Shown: positions 1-13,600, counted from the first letter of the stretch. The stretch: 32,000 nt of DNA from Sulfolobus acidocaldarius DSM 639 (GCF_000012285.1 NC_007181.1:540001-572000); one strand, 5' to 3'. Notes: a model not told the origin generated them from the sequence alone. Program-made: numbers and translations.

Positions 1-464
1 AGTATTGATACTACACTTCCTACTACATAACCTGTAAATTTGGATGAAATAAAAACATTAGCTCTCTGATATCTAGAAAAGATAGTAGGCTCTGAGTAAG
101 AGAAAAAGATAGCGTTCAAGAAAAGCAGGAGAGAAGTAGCTACTGCATTTATGGTGGCTATTACCACAATAACAAGAAGATTAGGAGGAAGTAATTTGTA
201 GAAAAGGATTAGTGAGAAGACTACTTGATAAGCAAAGGCTAGACTGACCATTAATTTAGGTTTATTCTTTAGTAACTCGGCTGCAAAAGGGGAAATTATT
301 GCCCTAAGTGTTACATTTATGGTGGAAAATAAAAACGCGTATTCTGCATCGTTTAAATAATATTCAAAATACACAGGTAAATAAAAATACTGGGCTGATG
401 CTGAATTTACGAAAAGAAGCAAAAAATAGGAAATGAGATTATCTTTTCTTATCGAATCTTTCAT
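1..464 (-). CDS. Polytopic membrane protein, possibly an MFS-type transporter. N-terminal part only; the gene continues past the left window edge.
   Basis: Absent from the ORF track because it runs off the edge. My reverse-strand translation from ATG 464-462 is open for 154 codons to the window start: MKDSIRKDNLISYFLLLFVNSASAQYFYLPVYFEYYLNDAEYAFLFSTINVTLRAIISPFAAELLKNKPKLMVSLAFAYQVVFSLILFYKLLPPNLLVIVVIATINAVATSLLLFLNAIFF... It has several helix-length hydrophobic stretches. The start lies 5 nt after the stop of the upstream 297-aa ORF. The transporter class rests on composition only. Confidence 0.5.
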   Translation of the reverse strand, partial: MKDSIRKDNLISYFLLLFVNSASAQYFYLPVYFEYYLNDAEYAFLFSTINVTLRAIISPFAAELLKNKPKLMVSLAFAYQVVFSLILFYKLLPPNLLVIVVIATINAVATSLLLFLNAIFFSYSEPTIFSRYQRANVFISSKFTGYVVGSVVSI

Positions 465-469
465 ATCTA

Positions 470-1363
470 TTACTCTAAAAATCTCCTTTCCTGGATAAAA
501 TAAGTTACTTTCGAGAGCATCATAGCCCCCCATATTCTTTGGCGCACGCTCATTTTAGTAATCCCGCCGTTTATTACTTGATCTAAATACCATTTATATA
601 GCCTTAAAGTTCCAGATAAATACTTAGGATCGCCAGTAACCGCAAATACTACACCGTTTTTAGAACATGCTATTATTGCAACTGTCTGCAACATATCAAG
701 ATTTTCAGGCACATTAGGCCTTCCATTAATTATTTCAAACATCGGAACTAAGTACTTATCATCATAATATCTAATTTTCTCTACTGCAGAATTATCTTTC
801 TTATAATTTAGCATTAATTGACCTAAACCTTTTATGGAAGCCATCATGATTTCTATGTCGTTGATATTCTGAATTCCTCCTCTCTTCTCTATTTTCTCTA
901 GCTCACCTAATAACACCTTTACAGCCTCAGATAGAATGCTGGAATCTTTTAAGGTGTAAGATAGTTTTGCTAGTGCAAGAAGATCCTCTGCCCAAAACTC
1001 TTTAATTCCAAATATTTTTCTCTTTGCTTTATATATAAGCTCTAAATTCTTTGTCATATCATAAAGTTTTAGAATATATAATGCATCATGATCAATTTTT
1101 CTTTGATCTAATAATTCATTTACTCTCTCATAAATACTGCTATCCCCTAACACGAAATAGGAATCTAGAAGAGACCATATGTACAAGCTAAATTCCCTAT
1201 CATTCAAATCTTTATCGTTAAGATAATATACAGTATTAACCAGTTCTCTTATAACGTTTAGTGCTATGTTAATATCTATTTTAGCTCTAACTATTTCTCT
1301 TTCTAATGTCTCTCTGAGTTCTGGTCTTTCTAGTACGGGATTAAGATCTAGCCTTACAGGCAT
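470..1363 (-). CDS. Hypothetical protein, predicted all-alpha (repeated helical hairpins)
   Basis: A 297-aa ORF with an ATG start, an AT-rich upstream region, and apparent co-transcription with the downstream membrane protein (5-nt gap). I recognise no diagnostic motif. Confidence 0.6.
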   Translation of the reverse strand: MPVRLDLNPVLERPELRETLEREIVRAKIDINIALNVIRELVNTVYYLNDKDLNDREFSLYIWSLLDSYFVLGDSSIYERVNELLDQRKIDHDALYILKLYDMTKNLELIYKAKRKIFGIKEFWAEDLLALAKLSYTLKDSSILSEAVKVLLGELEKIEKRGGIQNINDIEIMMASIKGLGQLMLNYKKDNSAVEKIRYYDDKYLVPMFEIINGRPNVPENLDMLQTVAIIACSKNGVVFAVTGDPKYLSGTLRLYKWYLDQVINGGITKMSVRQRIWGAMMLSKVTYFIQERRFLE

Positions 1364-1712
1364 TTTTATCGATTATATGTATAAGTTAAACAGCTTTTTT
1401 TTATTCTCAATACTTTTGAAAAATTTTTAAACTTATCGGGTTTTCCTAACATCTTTCTTTTTTTAAGTATTAAATATATCGATTGATCTGATTAAAACTT
1501 TATTTTCGATTTTAGGAAATCATATGTTCTTGGTTGTGATACCTGACGACCTAAAATCCATGATCGATACATGAAGGATGATACAAAGGATGATGATAGA
1601 TATGATGCATAGAGAAATAACAGGAAGAAAGTAGTATCGTGGCTTTTGAAAAAATAATTAGACACTACTATAAAATTCGAGTCTACATCGATGGGGAATA
1701 TCCTCAAAAGTA

Positions 1713-1757
1713 TGAGTCCGCCGAGATTTGAACTCGGATCACCGCCTCATAGGGCCA
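1713..1757 (-). pseudogene. tRNA 3'-half-like fragment (T-arm plus 3' acceptor strand, no 5' half); candidate att remnant
   Basis: The reverse strand reads ...GGCGGUGAU CCGAG UUCAAAU CUCGG CGGACUC A. That is a perfect 5-bp T-stem with a canonical UUCAAAU T-loop, a 7-nt acceptor 3' strand and a discriminator. No matching 5' acceptor strand (GAGUCCG) and no acceptable anticodon arm lie upstream. Confidence 0.5.
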
Positions 1758-2003
1758 GTGTACTTAAGTGTTAATAAACTGAAAGTAGACGATTTACTCT
1801 CAGACTTTTACGATAGAGCAGAGGTAATAGTATTCAAGAACAGATTTGACGCCACTGAAGATATACTAACTAAAGACGAGAAAGAGGTATTAGCAAATGT
1901 ACTAGTGAGAAGGGCTCAGGTGTTATCCGAGAAAGGTAAGTTGCCCAAAATTGGGACACCTTTTGCTGACTTTCTTGATAAAGGGTTTGAGTGTAAAATA
2001 TAA
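1728..2003 (+). CDS. Small hypothetical ORF inside the putative element remnant (TTG start within the tRNA-like fragment)
   Basis: A 91-aa ORF from the track with a non-ATG start and no recognisable domain. It may be a decayed gene fragment. Confidence 0.3.
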   Translation: MNSDHRLIGPVYLSVNKLKVDDLLSDFYDRAEVIVFKNRFDATEDILTKDEKEVLANVLVRRAQVLSEKGKLPKIGTPFADFLDKGFECKI

Positions 2004-2323
2004 TTGACTTGATTGGAAAGGGTGAGCAGAAACTCTCTCTAAGGCAAATATAAAATTGGCTAGAGTCAACTTGTGTAAAGTTTAACGTACCCTATTATTA
2101 AAAGAAGAGGAGTTAGGTGAAAGGCTAAAAGAGTTCAACATCCACTCGAAAAAAGGGAACTATTATAGCGCCAGACTGCCTTATGATGAAGAAATAAGGG
2201 AACTATTTTCTGATTTAGAGGAAGAGACGTGATAAAAATTCAATTTTTTGCGTAATAGAGGAGTTTTTACCGCTACCCTCAACTCCGTGTAAAATCTCGT
2301 AACTTTTTACGAGTTACCAGTGC

Positions 2324-2330
2324 TTATAAA
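2324..2330 (+). promoter_or_regulatory. TATA-like box (TTATAAA) upstream of the integrase fragment, bracketed by the inverted repeat GTTACC/GGTAAC
   Basis: TTATAAA ends 35 nt before ATG 2365. GTTACC (2313-2318) and GGTAAC (2339-2344) flank it. A 7-bp hairpin CTCGTAA-cttt-TTACGAG lies at 2296-2313. Confidence 0.3.
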
Positions 2331-2364
2331 CGCGAATTGGTAACCACAATACGGGGGCGTGAAA

Positions 2365-2577
2365 ATGGCGAGAGAGAAGACTCGTTATAAATATGGCGAT
2401 TATATTATACGTGAGATTAAAGGGCGGTATTATGTTTATAAGCTAGAGAATGTAGGCGATGACGTAAAGGAACATTACGTGGGTTCCTTAGCTGACGTAG
2501 TCGAGACTTACATCAAATTGAAAGATGGAATTGGGGGTGTGGGGGAAATCCCCCACTACGCCGGGGGCGGGATTTGA
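2365..2577 (+). pseudogene. SSV-type tyrosine integrase, N-terminal fragment (Int(N)) ending inside the tRNA-Ser gene
   Basis: [55 protein letters not shown]... closely parallels the N-terminus of the SSV1 integrase as I remember it ([46 protein letters not shown]). The frame stops at TGA 2575-2577, inside the tRNA T-loop. No catalytic C-terminal domain follows. Confidence 0.7.
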
Positions 2578-2643
2578 ACCCGCGCGTGGAAGATCCACAC
2601 TGGCTCTCCAGGCCAGCCCCTTAGTCCACTCGGGCACCCCGGC
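2559..2643 (-). tRNA. tRNA-Ser (anticodon GGA), class II with a long variable arm
   Basis: Hand-folded from the sequence. The acceptor pairs GCCGGGG with CCCCGGC. The anticodon stem pairs CUGGC with GCCAG, and the loop CUGGAGA gives anticodon GGA. The variable arm is GUGGA-UCU-UCCAC. The T-arm is GCGGG-UUCAAAU-CCCGC, with discriminator G. It lies 40 nt downstream of rps10. Confidence 0.93.
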
Positions 2644-2683
2644 ATTAATAAGATTATACGAGATGCTTATAAAAATAATCAAA

Positions 2684-2992
2684 TCAAATTAGCTCAATTT
2701 CTATGTATACATCGTCAGGTACTCTGACTCTCATTAATTGTCTCATAACTCTTTCGTCTGCTGCTATATCTATTATTCTCTTATGTACTTTCATTTCCCA
2801 ATGCTCCCACTTTTTCTTTCCCTCACCATGGGGAAGTCTCATTACTGGTACTTCCATCCTAGTTGTCGGCAAAGGAATGGGACCGCTAACTTGAATACCA
2901 GTTTTTTGTGCCATATTTCTTATCTGATTAACCACGAAGTTCAAACTGTCAATATTGCTACTCCATAATCTTATTCGGGCTTTAGTAGGCAT
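2684..2992 (-). CDS. rps10: 30S ribosomal protein S10 (uS10)
   Basis: A 102-aa protein with the typical uS10 sequence ([19 protein letters not shown]...[17 protein letters not shown]). An SD-like TAGGTG sits 5 nt upstream of the ATG, directly after the tuf stop. Confidence 0.95.
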   Translation of the reverse strand: MPTKARIRLWSSNIDSLNFVVNQIRNMAQKTGIQVSGPIPLPTTRMEVPVMRLPHGEGKKKWEHWEMKVHKRIIDIAADERVMRQLMRVRVPDDVYIEIELI

Positions 2993-3017
2993 AAAAACAC
3001 CTAATTTAAAAATATTA

Positions 3018-4325
3018 TTACTTTACCTCTACTTTTCTTGGTTTAACATCTATAATAACTCCAACACCAACTGTCTTACCCATATCTCTCATTGCGAACC
3101 TGCCTAGTGCAGGGAACTCTCTAAACTTCTCTGCTACTAACTCCTTTATAGGTTTAAACTTAACAATAGCTGAGTCTCCAGCTTTAATGAATTGTGGATT
3201 CTTCTCTGCCTCTTTACCGGTCTTTGGATCAATTCTAGACGTAATTTCGGATACTCTGCAAGCTATACTGGCAGTGTGAACATGTAAAACTGGAGTGTAG
3301 CCCACTCCTACTGCTGTAGGATGCCAAATTACAATCACTTGCGCGGTAAACTCGTCTGCAACAGTTGGTGGGTTTTGTACACTACCAGCTACGTCTCCTC
3401 TTTTAACATCTTTCTTTTCAACACCTCTTACGTTAAATCCGATGTTATCACCTGGCTCAGCTTTATCTATTTTTGTATGATGGGTCTCAATAGATCTTAC
3501 TTCTCCTATCTTACCTACGGGCATAAAGACAATCTTATCGCCTACTTTAAGCACACCAGACTCTATTCTTCCTACGGGCACGACACCAACTCCAGAGATC
3601 GAGTATACTTCCTGAATTGGAATCCTTAACGGTTTGTCAACTGGCTTTGGTGGAATTTCTAACTGATCTAAAAGTTCCTCTAATGTGGGACCGTTGTACC
3701 AAGGCATTTTTGTAGATTTATGAGTTACATTGTCACCATCTGGTGCGACGACAGGAACAAACTTAACTTTATTCATATCGAATCCAAAGCTCTTCATAAA
3801 CTTAGACACTGTATCTACAATTTCTTTAAACCTTTTTTCGTCATATGGTGTATCGGCTAAGTCCATTTTATTGATAGCTACTATAACTTGATTTATACCC
3901 ATAGTCTTTGATAATATTATATGTTCTCTAGTCTGTCCTTCAGCGCTCATTCCTGCCTCATACTCTCCTTTCTTTGCAGATACTACCAAAATTGCAGCGT
4001 CCGCCTGGCTTGCACCAGTGATCATGTTTTTGACGAAGTCTCTATGACCAGGAGCATCTATAACAGTAAAGAAGTATTTTCTAGTTTCGAACCTCATGAA
4101 AGATAGATTTATAGTGACTCCTCTTTCTCTCTCTTCCTTAAGCCTGTCCATTAAGAATGCATACTTCTCAGAGTCCTTACCTAGTTTCTTTGCTGCTTCC
4201 TCAGCCTCTTTCACAGTCTTCTCATCTATGAAACCTCTGTCCATTAGTAGTCTTCCAATTAAAGTACTCTTTCCGTGATCTACGTGTCCTATCACGATTA
4301 AATTAAGGTGGGGCTTCTGTGACAT
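3018..4325 (-). CDS. tuf: Translation elongation factor aEF-1alpha
   Basis: A 435-aa protein with GTPase motifs [14 protein letters not shown] and NKMD. The sequence matches my memory of S. acidocaldarius EF-1alpha. SD GAGGT lies upstream of the ATG. Confidence 0.98.
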   Translation of the reverse strand: MSQKPHLNLIVIGHVDHGKSTLIGRLLMDRGFIDEKTVKEAEEAAKKLGKDSEKYAFLMDRLKEERERGVTINLSFMRFETRKYFFTVIDAPGHRDFVKNMITGASQADAAILVVSAKKGEYEAGMSAEGQTREHIILSKTMGINQVIVAINKMDLADTPYDEKRFKEIVDTVSKFMKSFGFDMNKVKFVPVVAPDGDNVTHKSTKMPWYNGPTLEELLDQLEIPPKPVDKPLRIPIQEVYSISGVGVVPVGRIESGVLKVGDKIVFMPVGKIGEVRSIETHHTKIDKAEPGDNIGFNVRGVEKKDVKRGDVAGSVQNPPTVADEFTAQVIVIWHPTAVGVGYTPVLHVHTASIACRVSEITSRIDPKTGKEAEKNPQFIKAGDSAIVKFKPIKELVAEKFREFPALGRFAMRDMGKTVGVGVIIDVKPRKVEVK

Positions 4326-4382
4326 ACTAATTACCTCTTACATTTTTATAACTAGACTAGCATTAAAAGTTTAGCTACAATT

Positions 4383-4970
4383 TTACCTAGAGCTTAACGC
4401 TATTCTCTCTATCTCTTCTTTCTTCCTTATTGCTACACTCTTATTATCATTATTTGCTGCGGCAATTATTTCTTCAGCTAACGCTTCTTCTATGGGTTTG
4501 GGATTGTTAAATGAAGCTTCACTAGCTCCAGTAACTAAATGTCTTAGTGCTAAATCGACTCTTCTCTGGGGTGCTACATCTACGGCTACATAGTAAACTA
4601 TTCCACCGTACATTATACGGGTTACCTCCTCTCTGGGAGCAGCATTCTCAATTGCTCTCACTAAAACTTGGATTGGATTCTGACCGGTCTTTACTGCTAT
4701 AATATCAAATGTTGTTTTTACTATATTATATGCAAGCATTTTTTTACCTTTATTCCTACCTGGTCTCATTAAGTTATTTATCAATCTTTCTACTATAGGT
4801 ATTCTTGATTTTCCAAATCTTCTATGCTCATGTCTGCCTCCAGTATGAGGTAGGTATATAGACATTAAATCTATATATTTCTTTAAACTTGGATCTCTAA
4901 CCTCAACCTTAGTGTCCCACTTTCCAAATACCTTAACGTTCAAATTTGAAACTTCAATATTCTCAACCAT
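4383..4970 (-). CDS. rps7: 30S ribosomal protein S7 (uS7)
   Basis: A 195-aa uS7-family sequence. TGAGGAG (SD) precedes the ATG. It is the first gene of the rps7-tuf-rps10-tRNA-Ser unit. Confidence 0.93.
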   Translation of the reverse strand: MVENIEVSNLNVKVFGKWDTKVEVRDPSLKKYIDLMSIYLPHTGGRHEHRRFGKSRIPIVERLINNLMRPGRNKGKKMLAYNIVKTTFDIIAVKTGQNPIQVLVRAIENAAPREEVTRIMYGGIVYYVAVDVAPQRRVDLALRHLVTGASEASFNNPKPIEEALAEEIIAAANNDNKSVAIRKKEEIERIALSSR

Positions 4971-5051
4971 CTCTTTCTCCTCATTTACTTTACTGCTACC
5001 TTAAATATATTATGAAGGGTTTAATAGAGTTTGTGTAGTAATAATTTATTA

Positions 5052-5543
5052 ATGCAACCTGCAAAAGATGAGGAGTTATTAAGAGTTAAGAAAGTTGACG
5101 CATTCTTCTATCCTTTGAGAGGAATACCTACTATGGTTCTTTATCTTGAAGATGATAGAGAATTCAAAATGTTTCATATACCACAAGAAATAGTATTAAT
5201 AGTGAATAAATTGCAGGGGAAAGAAGAATACGAACAAGTACTAGGTTTTGATAGAAGGGAGAGTATTTATGACGTCCTATACGACGTGATGTCATTTTCT
5301 ACAAACATAAAGGACAGCATAAAAAATGTAATCAATCGCATAATAATTGATGATGTAATAAGAGAATACGGAGTATATGTTGCAACTGTAGAATTCAAAT
5401 TTGATGGTATAATAATTGAAAAGAAACTAATACCTAGTCACGCAGTTGCATTAGCTCTGCTTTTTGATAGACCTATATTCATAAGAAGAAAGTTAGTTGA
5501 TGAGCAGGAAAAAGAGGAGAATAAGGAAGGAGAAGGAACTTAG
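5052..5543 (+). CDS. DUF151 / bifunctional-nuclease (BFN)-domain protein
   Basis: The motif pattern fits the BFN domain: FKMFHIPQEIVLIVNKL, SIYDVLYDVM, GVYVATVEF...IPSHAVALALLFDRPIFI (compare the RPSDAIALA...PI motif). The track ORF starts at TTG 5031; ATG 5052 is the more likely start. The C-terminal tail is acidic. Confidence 0.6.
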   Translation: MQPAKDEELLRVKKVDAFFYPLRGIPTMVLYLEDDREFKMFHIPQEIVLIVNKLQGKEEYEQVLGFDRRESIYDVLYDVMSFSTNIKDSIKNVINRIIIDDVIREYGVYVATVEFKFDGIIIEKKLIPSHAVALALLFDRPIFIRRKLVDEQEKEENKEGEGT

Positions 5544-5616
5544 ATAGCAGTATATAGGAATGGAAGCAAGTTCAAATTTAAAAAGGCATTAATATATATG
5601 TAGGCTTATCTGAAGT

Positions 5617-6060
5617 TTATCTTACTGGTTTCTGCTTCTTTCCCTTATATAATGCGTCTAATGAAACCCCGTTAACCATTACTACTTTATATCTAACGCC
5701 GGGTAAGTCACCCATTGACCTACCTAACGTACCACCAATACCTGCTATAACGACTTCATCGTGCTCATCTATAAAGTTAACACCACCGTCCCCTGGAACA
5801 AATGCTGTAACTATTCTTCCATTTTTGACTAGCTGTACTCTAACTGCTTTCCTAACTGCAGAATTTGGTTGCCTAGATTCTATACCAACTTTTTCTAAAA
5901 CTATACCTCTAGCCATTGGTGCACCTTCTAGCGGATCAAATTTCTCTTTTAGTGCTAACATTCTTCTCTTAAAGGATCTCTGGCTCCAGCTAAACTTTAG
6001 CCTTTTTAATCTCAATTTCCTTGCTGCAAACAAACCTTTTGGAGATTTACTACCTGCCAA
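5617..6060 (-). CDS. rps12: 30S ribosomal protein S12 (uS12)
   Basis: A uS12 sequence ([28 protein letters not shown]). The track ORF begins at GTG 6069, but that GTG lies inside a perfect SD (AGGTGATC). TTG 6060 gives 147 aa, which matches the length I recall. Confidence 0.93.
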   Translation of the reverse strand: MAGSKSPKGLFAARKLRLKRLKFSWSQRSFKRRMLALKEKFDPLEGAPMARGIVLEKVGIESRQPNSAVRKAVRVQLVKNGRIVTAFVPGDGGVNFIDEHDEVVIAGIGGTLGRSMGDLPGVRYKVVMVNGVSLDALYKGKKQKPVR

Positions 6061-6073
6061 CCTGATCACCTAA

Positions 6074-6505
6074 TTATACTACAACAACAGAATCAATATC
6101 CAAATACCTTTTTAATATTAACTTAGCCCTTTCAACATTTCTTCCATTCTTACCTATAGCTATTCCTTTGTCCTGCGGTTCCACTGTTATATACACCGTC
6201 TTTTTCGAGTTAGATTGAACCACTTTTATTGTTTTGACTCTTGCAGGGGACATTAGATTCTTCACTAAATCTTCAAGGTTTTCTTGGTATCCTACAATCT
6301 CAACAGATTTATTTATCAATTTTTCTAGCTTTCTTACATTAAGACCATTCTTACCTATAGCTACTCCCATACTCTCTGGATTTATTAGCAATATAATTCT
6401 GTTATTTCTGTCATCTATTATGCAGTCCCTTGCAGTAACTCCAGTTATATCTTGGAATAAAGACATGTATTTTAACTCTTCTGAAGTTAATTTAATTTCT
6501 GGCAC
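6074..6505 (-). CDS. nusA: NusA-like transcription termination/antitermination protein (two KH domains)
   Basis: A 143-aa protein with KH motifs ([14 protein letters not shown] and [15 protein letters not shown]). GTG 6505 sits immediately after the rpl30e stop, with GAGGTGA 8 nt upstream. An alternative ATG at 6466 would give 130 aa. Confidence 0.9.
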
Positions 6506-6820
6506 TCATTGCTTCACCTCTTTAATAAACTCCAAAATTTTTGATTCCCCTTCATCAACTATACCTATAACAGATACCATAAAAGGTTTACCGCATAATG
6601 TCCCTAATTCATATCCACTACCTTTATAGAGATAAATTGGAATATCAGAAAATTTTGAAAATGTCATTATATCGTCTTTTAGATCCTGCCTTAATGTAGA
6701 AGAAACTACTACTCCCTTTACCTTACCTGTCTTTAATAATTTCAATGTCTTCCTTGTTCCTAAAATTACTTTGCCACTTCTAAGAAGTGTTTTTAATTCT
6801 CCCTCAAAACTTTGAGACAT
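6506..6820 (-). CDS. rpl30e: 50S ribosomal protein L30e (eL30)
   Basis: A 104-aa protein of the L30e/L7Ae-fold family. GAGGTGA lies 7 nt upstream of the ATG. Its position between rpoA2 and nusA is conserved in archaea. Confidence 0.9.
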   Translation of the reverse strand: MSQSFEGELKTLLRSGKVILGTRKTLKLLKTGKVKGVVVSSTLRQDLKDDIMTFSKFSDIPIYLYKGSGYELGTLCGKPFMVSVIGIVDEGESKILEFIKEVKQ

Positions 6821-6827
6821 TTACATT

Positions 6828-10648
<3,821 letters not shown>

Positions 10649-10656
<8 letters not shown>

Positions 10657-13600
10657 TTGAAGCACCTCCTAAGTTTACTTTTTCACCTAAAATTAATCTC
10701 GGTGAAATTACCATACTCATAAGTTCTTGAATTAAAAGTTTAAACGCGTATGAAACAGTAACTGGATGTAAGACAGATTTATCGCCATGCACTGGGCACA
10801 CGTATCTATTCTTGCTTCTATCGTACCAGCCCACATATCCACATTGATCACAGATATATACTACAGCTTTATCTGAATTATCTAGCAATCTATCTTTAAT
10901 TAACATCGCAGTACCAAACCCAATTAAACAGTCTCTCTCCATTTCTCCGAATCTTAATCCACCTTCCCTAGCTCTGCCTTCAGTAGGTTGTCTGGTTAAA
11001 ATTTGAACTGGTCCTCTTGCTCTTGCATGCATTTTATCTGCAACCATGTGATGTAACTTTTGATAGTATACTATCCCAAACAATATTCTGCTTTTCAATT
11101 TTTGACCTGTTCTTCCATCATATACTACTTCCGTCGAATCTGGTAAGTGTCCTAATTTAAGTATTTCCTTTTGCATCTCTTGTAGTTTTGGTGTCTCTAA
11201 GAATGGAGTTGCGTCTACAGGTTTACCTGATAAAGCTGCATATTTACCACCTATCGCCTCCATTATTTGTCCTATAGTCATTCTTGAGGGCAAAGCATGT
11301 GGATTCAAAATTATATCTGGAACTATACCTTTCGCGGTATATGGCATATCAACTTGATCAATTAATATACCAACTACTCCTTTTTGACCATGTCTTGTAG
11401 CGAACTTATCCCCTATTTCAGGAATCCTAAGATCCCTTACCCTTACTTTTACTAATTTATTACCTTCAAGAGTTTCTGTTATTAACACTAAATCCACAAT
11501 ACCATTTTCTCCGTGTCTTGTGACTATTGATGTATCTCTTTTAGCCTGCTCAGGACTTAACTCCTTGAATTCCTGAAGGAATCTAGGAGGGCTAACTTTA
11601 CCTATTAAGACATCTCCTCCTTTTACCTCAACTTCTGGAGAAACCACTCCATTATCTTCTAGGAGTCTGTAATAATCTTTTCCTTTATAGCCTTTTACAC
11701 CAGCTTCTGGTGTAACTATTTTATCTTCTTGTCCTCCTGGATATTTTACTTCTTCCGTGGAATAAAGCCTGAAGAACGTTGACCTATACATTCCCCTCTC
11801 TATGGAGGACTTATTCATAATTATTGAGTCCTCCATATTATATCCTGTATAAGACATGATAGCTAGAATTGCATTAGCACCTGCTGGTCTATCATTATAG
11901 CCTATAACTCCTAACATTCTTGTCTGCACTAGGGGCATTTGTGGATAATGTAATAAATGGGCTCTTGTATCAGTTCTTATTTGATAGTTCGACGCATAAA
12001 GACCCAAAGACTGTTTAGCCATAGCTGATTGGTAAGTATTTCTGGGAGACTGGTTATGTTCAGGGTAGGGTATAATGGATGCAATAATACCCAATATAGC
12101 AGACGGCCATATTTCCAAATGAGTATGATCTGGTGTTAGATCTTGTGGATTTAAAGCAACATATGCATTTTCCTCCTCTTCGGCATCTATAAATTCTATT
12201 TTACCTTGTTTGACTAGGTCATCGAAAGTTATTTCTCCATTCTTCAATTTCTTAATGTCTTCAGTATCCACTAAAGGAGTACCATTATTTACAATAATTA
12301 AAGGTCTTCTAACTCTTCCTGCATCACAGTTTATGTGAACTTCATTCAAATAGTCTGTGGCTATATATGCTACATTTACTTCATCACTGAGCTTTCCCTG
12401 CCTTCTTGATTCCCTAATCTTCTTAGCTAACTCTTTACCATCCTCGTAATATCCTAATAATCTACCATTAAGGTAAACCTTACTCCAACTCATATATTTT
12501 TCCACGTCTTCGTTTTGCTCACTGATTCTCCTTATTACATCTTCTACACTCACGACTCCTAATTCATAAGCTACCCTCTCGACTACTGACTCGTTAATAC
12601 CAACAGAAACCTGTGCTAACAAGGCTAGATTTTTCACAAGTCCACTGTTAGGACCTTCAGGTGTTTCAAACGGGCACATTCTTCCCCATTGAGTTCCATG
12701 AAGGTCTCTCGCCTCAAAATTAGGCTGTCCCCTGGCTAAAGATGAAACTACTCTCCTAAGATGACTTAACATGGATAGCCAATTTGTTCTATCTAGTAAT
12801 TGACTTACTCCAGTTCTACCGCCAACCCAGTTTCCTGTTGCTAATGCATGTCGTATTCTTTCCGTTATTATATCAGCCCTAACTAAGGCGGTTAAAGAAA
12901 GTCTTCTTCCCCTCACTTTTGATTTTTCAAGCTGATAAACTAGATCTTTAACAAAGGCTTTGAAAGCTACTCTAAATAAACTTGTGAACAAGTCTCCTGC
13001 TAGTCTAACTCTCTTATTTGCATAATGATCTTTGTCATCTGGCTCTCTCCTGCCTAAATATAATTCAAGGATCTTATTTACAGCACTAGCTAAATAATAT
13101 CCTTTCTTTTTCCTATCTTCAGGTGATGTACCAAGATGAGGTAGGAAATATTTATCTATTACTTGCTCCGCTTTTTGAATTCTATTTTCTCTTTTCTGTC
13201 CTATTGCAACTCTATTACCTATGAAATCCAATGCTTCTTCTGCACTTGTAATAGAGCTTGCCTGCTCTAATGATGGTAGTAATTCATTCTGAATTTGAGG
13301 GTCTAAAGATACTGCATATACTATATCACGATCTGTTACAAAACCTAATGCTCTCATTATTATTGCAAATGGTATTCTTCCTGGAACTGTTGCAAATGAA
13401 ATTTGAATTGTACTATCCTTCAGTCTCTCTATCATAACCTGAACTCTATATCCGGCTGCAGAGGATGTTACTTTGGCAACATGTGTTATATTAGATCCGC
13501 TCTTTCCATAATCTACTAATACTCTATTTGTTGCTAGATCTTCTTGAGCTATAATCACTTTCTCACTACCATTTACTATGAAGTAACCACCCGGATCTTT

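Larger units (their letters stand above)
1713..2577. mobile_element. Decayed remnant of a tRNA-targeting (SSV/fusellovirus-type) integrated element
   Basis: It is bounded on the left by a tRNA 3'-half-like fragment. On the right an integrase N-terminal fragment reads into the 3' end of tRNA-Ser. The interior holds only short or broken ORFs, e.g. the start-less frame 2086-2232 ...ELGERLKEFNIHSKKGNYYSARLPYDEEIRELFSDLEEET*. The topology matches attL-element-Int(N)-attR/tRNA. Confidence 0.5.

Noticed and set aside
1585-1660. Possible C/D-box sRNA (GGATGATGA and TATGATGC motifs)
   Set aside because: C-box-like RUGAUGA sequences are present, but no properly spaced D or D' box (CUGA) and no terminal stem could be found.
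1492-1707. 71-aa minus-strand ORF in the AT-rich region left of the tRNA-like fragment
   Set aside because: It has a low-complexity, Phe/Ser-rich product, no SD or promoter geometry, and no recognisable domain. It is most likely a chance ORF in non-coding or decayed DNA.
2488-2682. 64-aa minus-strand ORF
   Set aside because: It is simply the translation of the tRNA-Ser gene and its flanks. The tRNA and the integrase fragment explain it fully.
2703-2968. Two plus-strand ORFs (63 and 76 aa) opposite rps10
   Set aside because: These are shadow frames antisense to a highly conserved ribosomal protein gene, with Cys/Ser/Leu-rich nonsense composition.
3321-4278. Plus-strand ORFs of 60-102 aa opposite tuf
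   Set aside because: These are antisense shadow ORFs within a strongly supported CDS.
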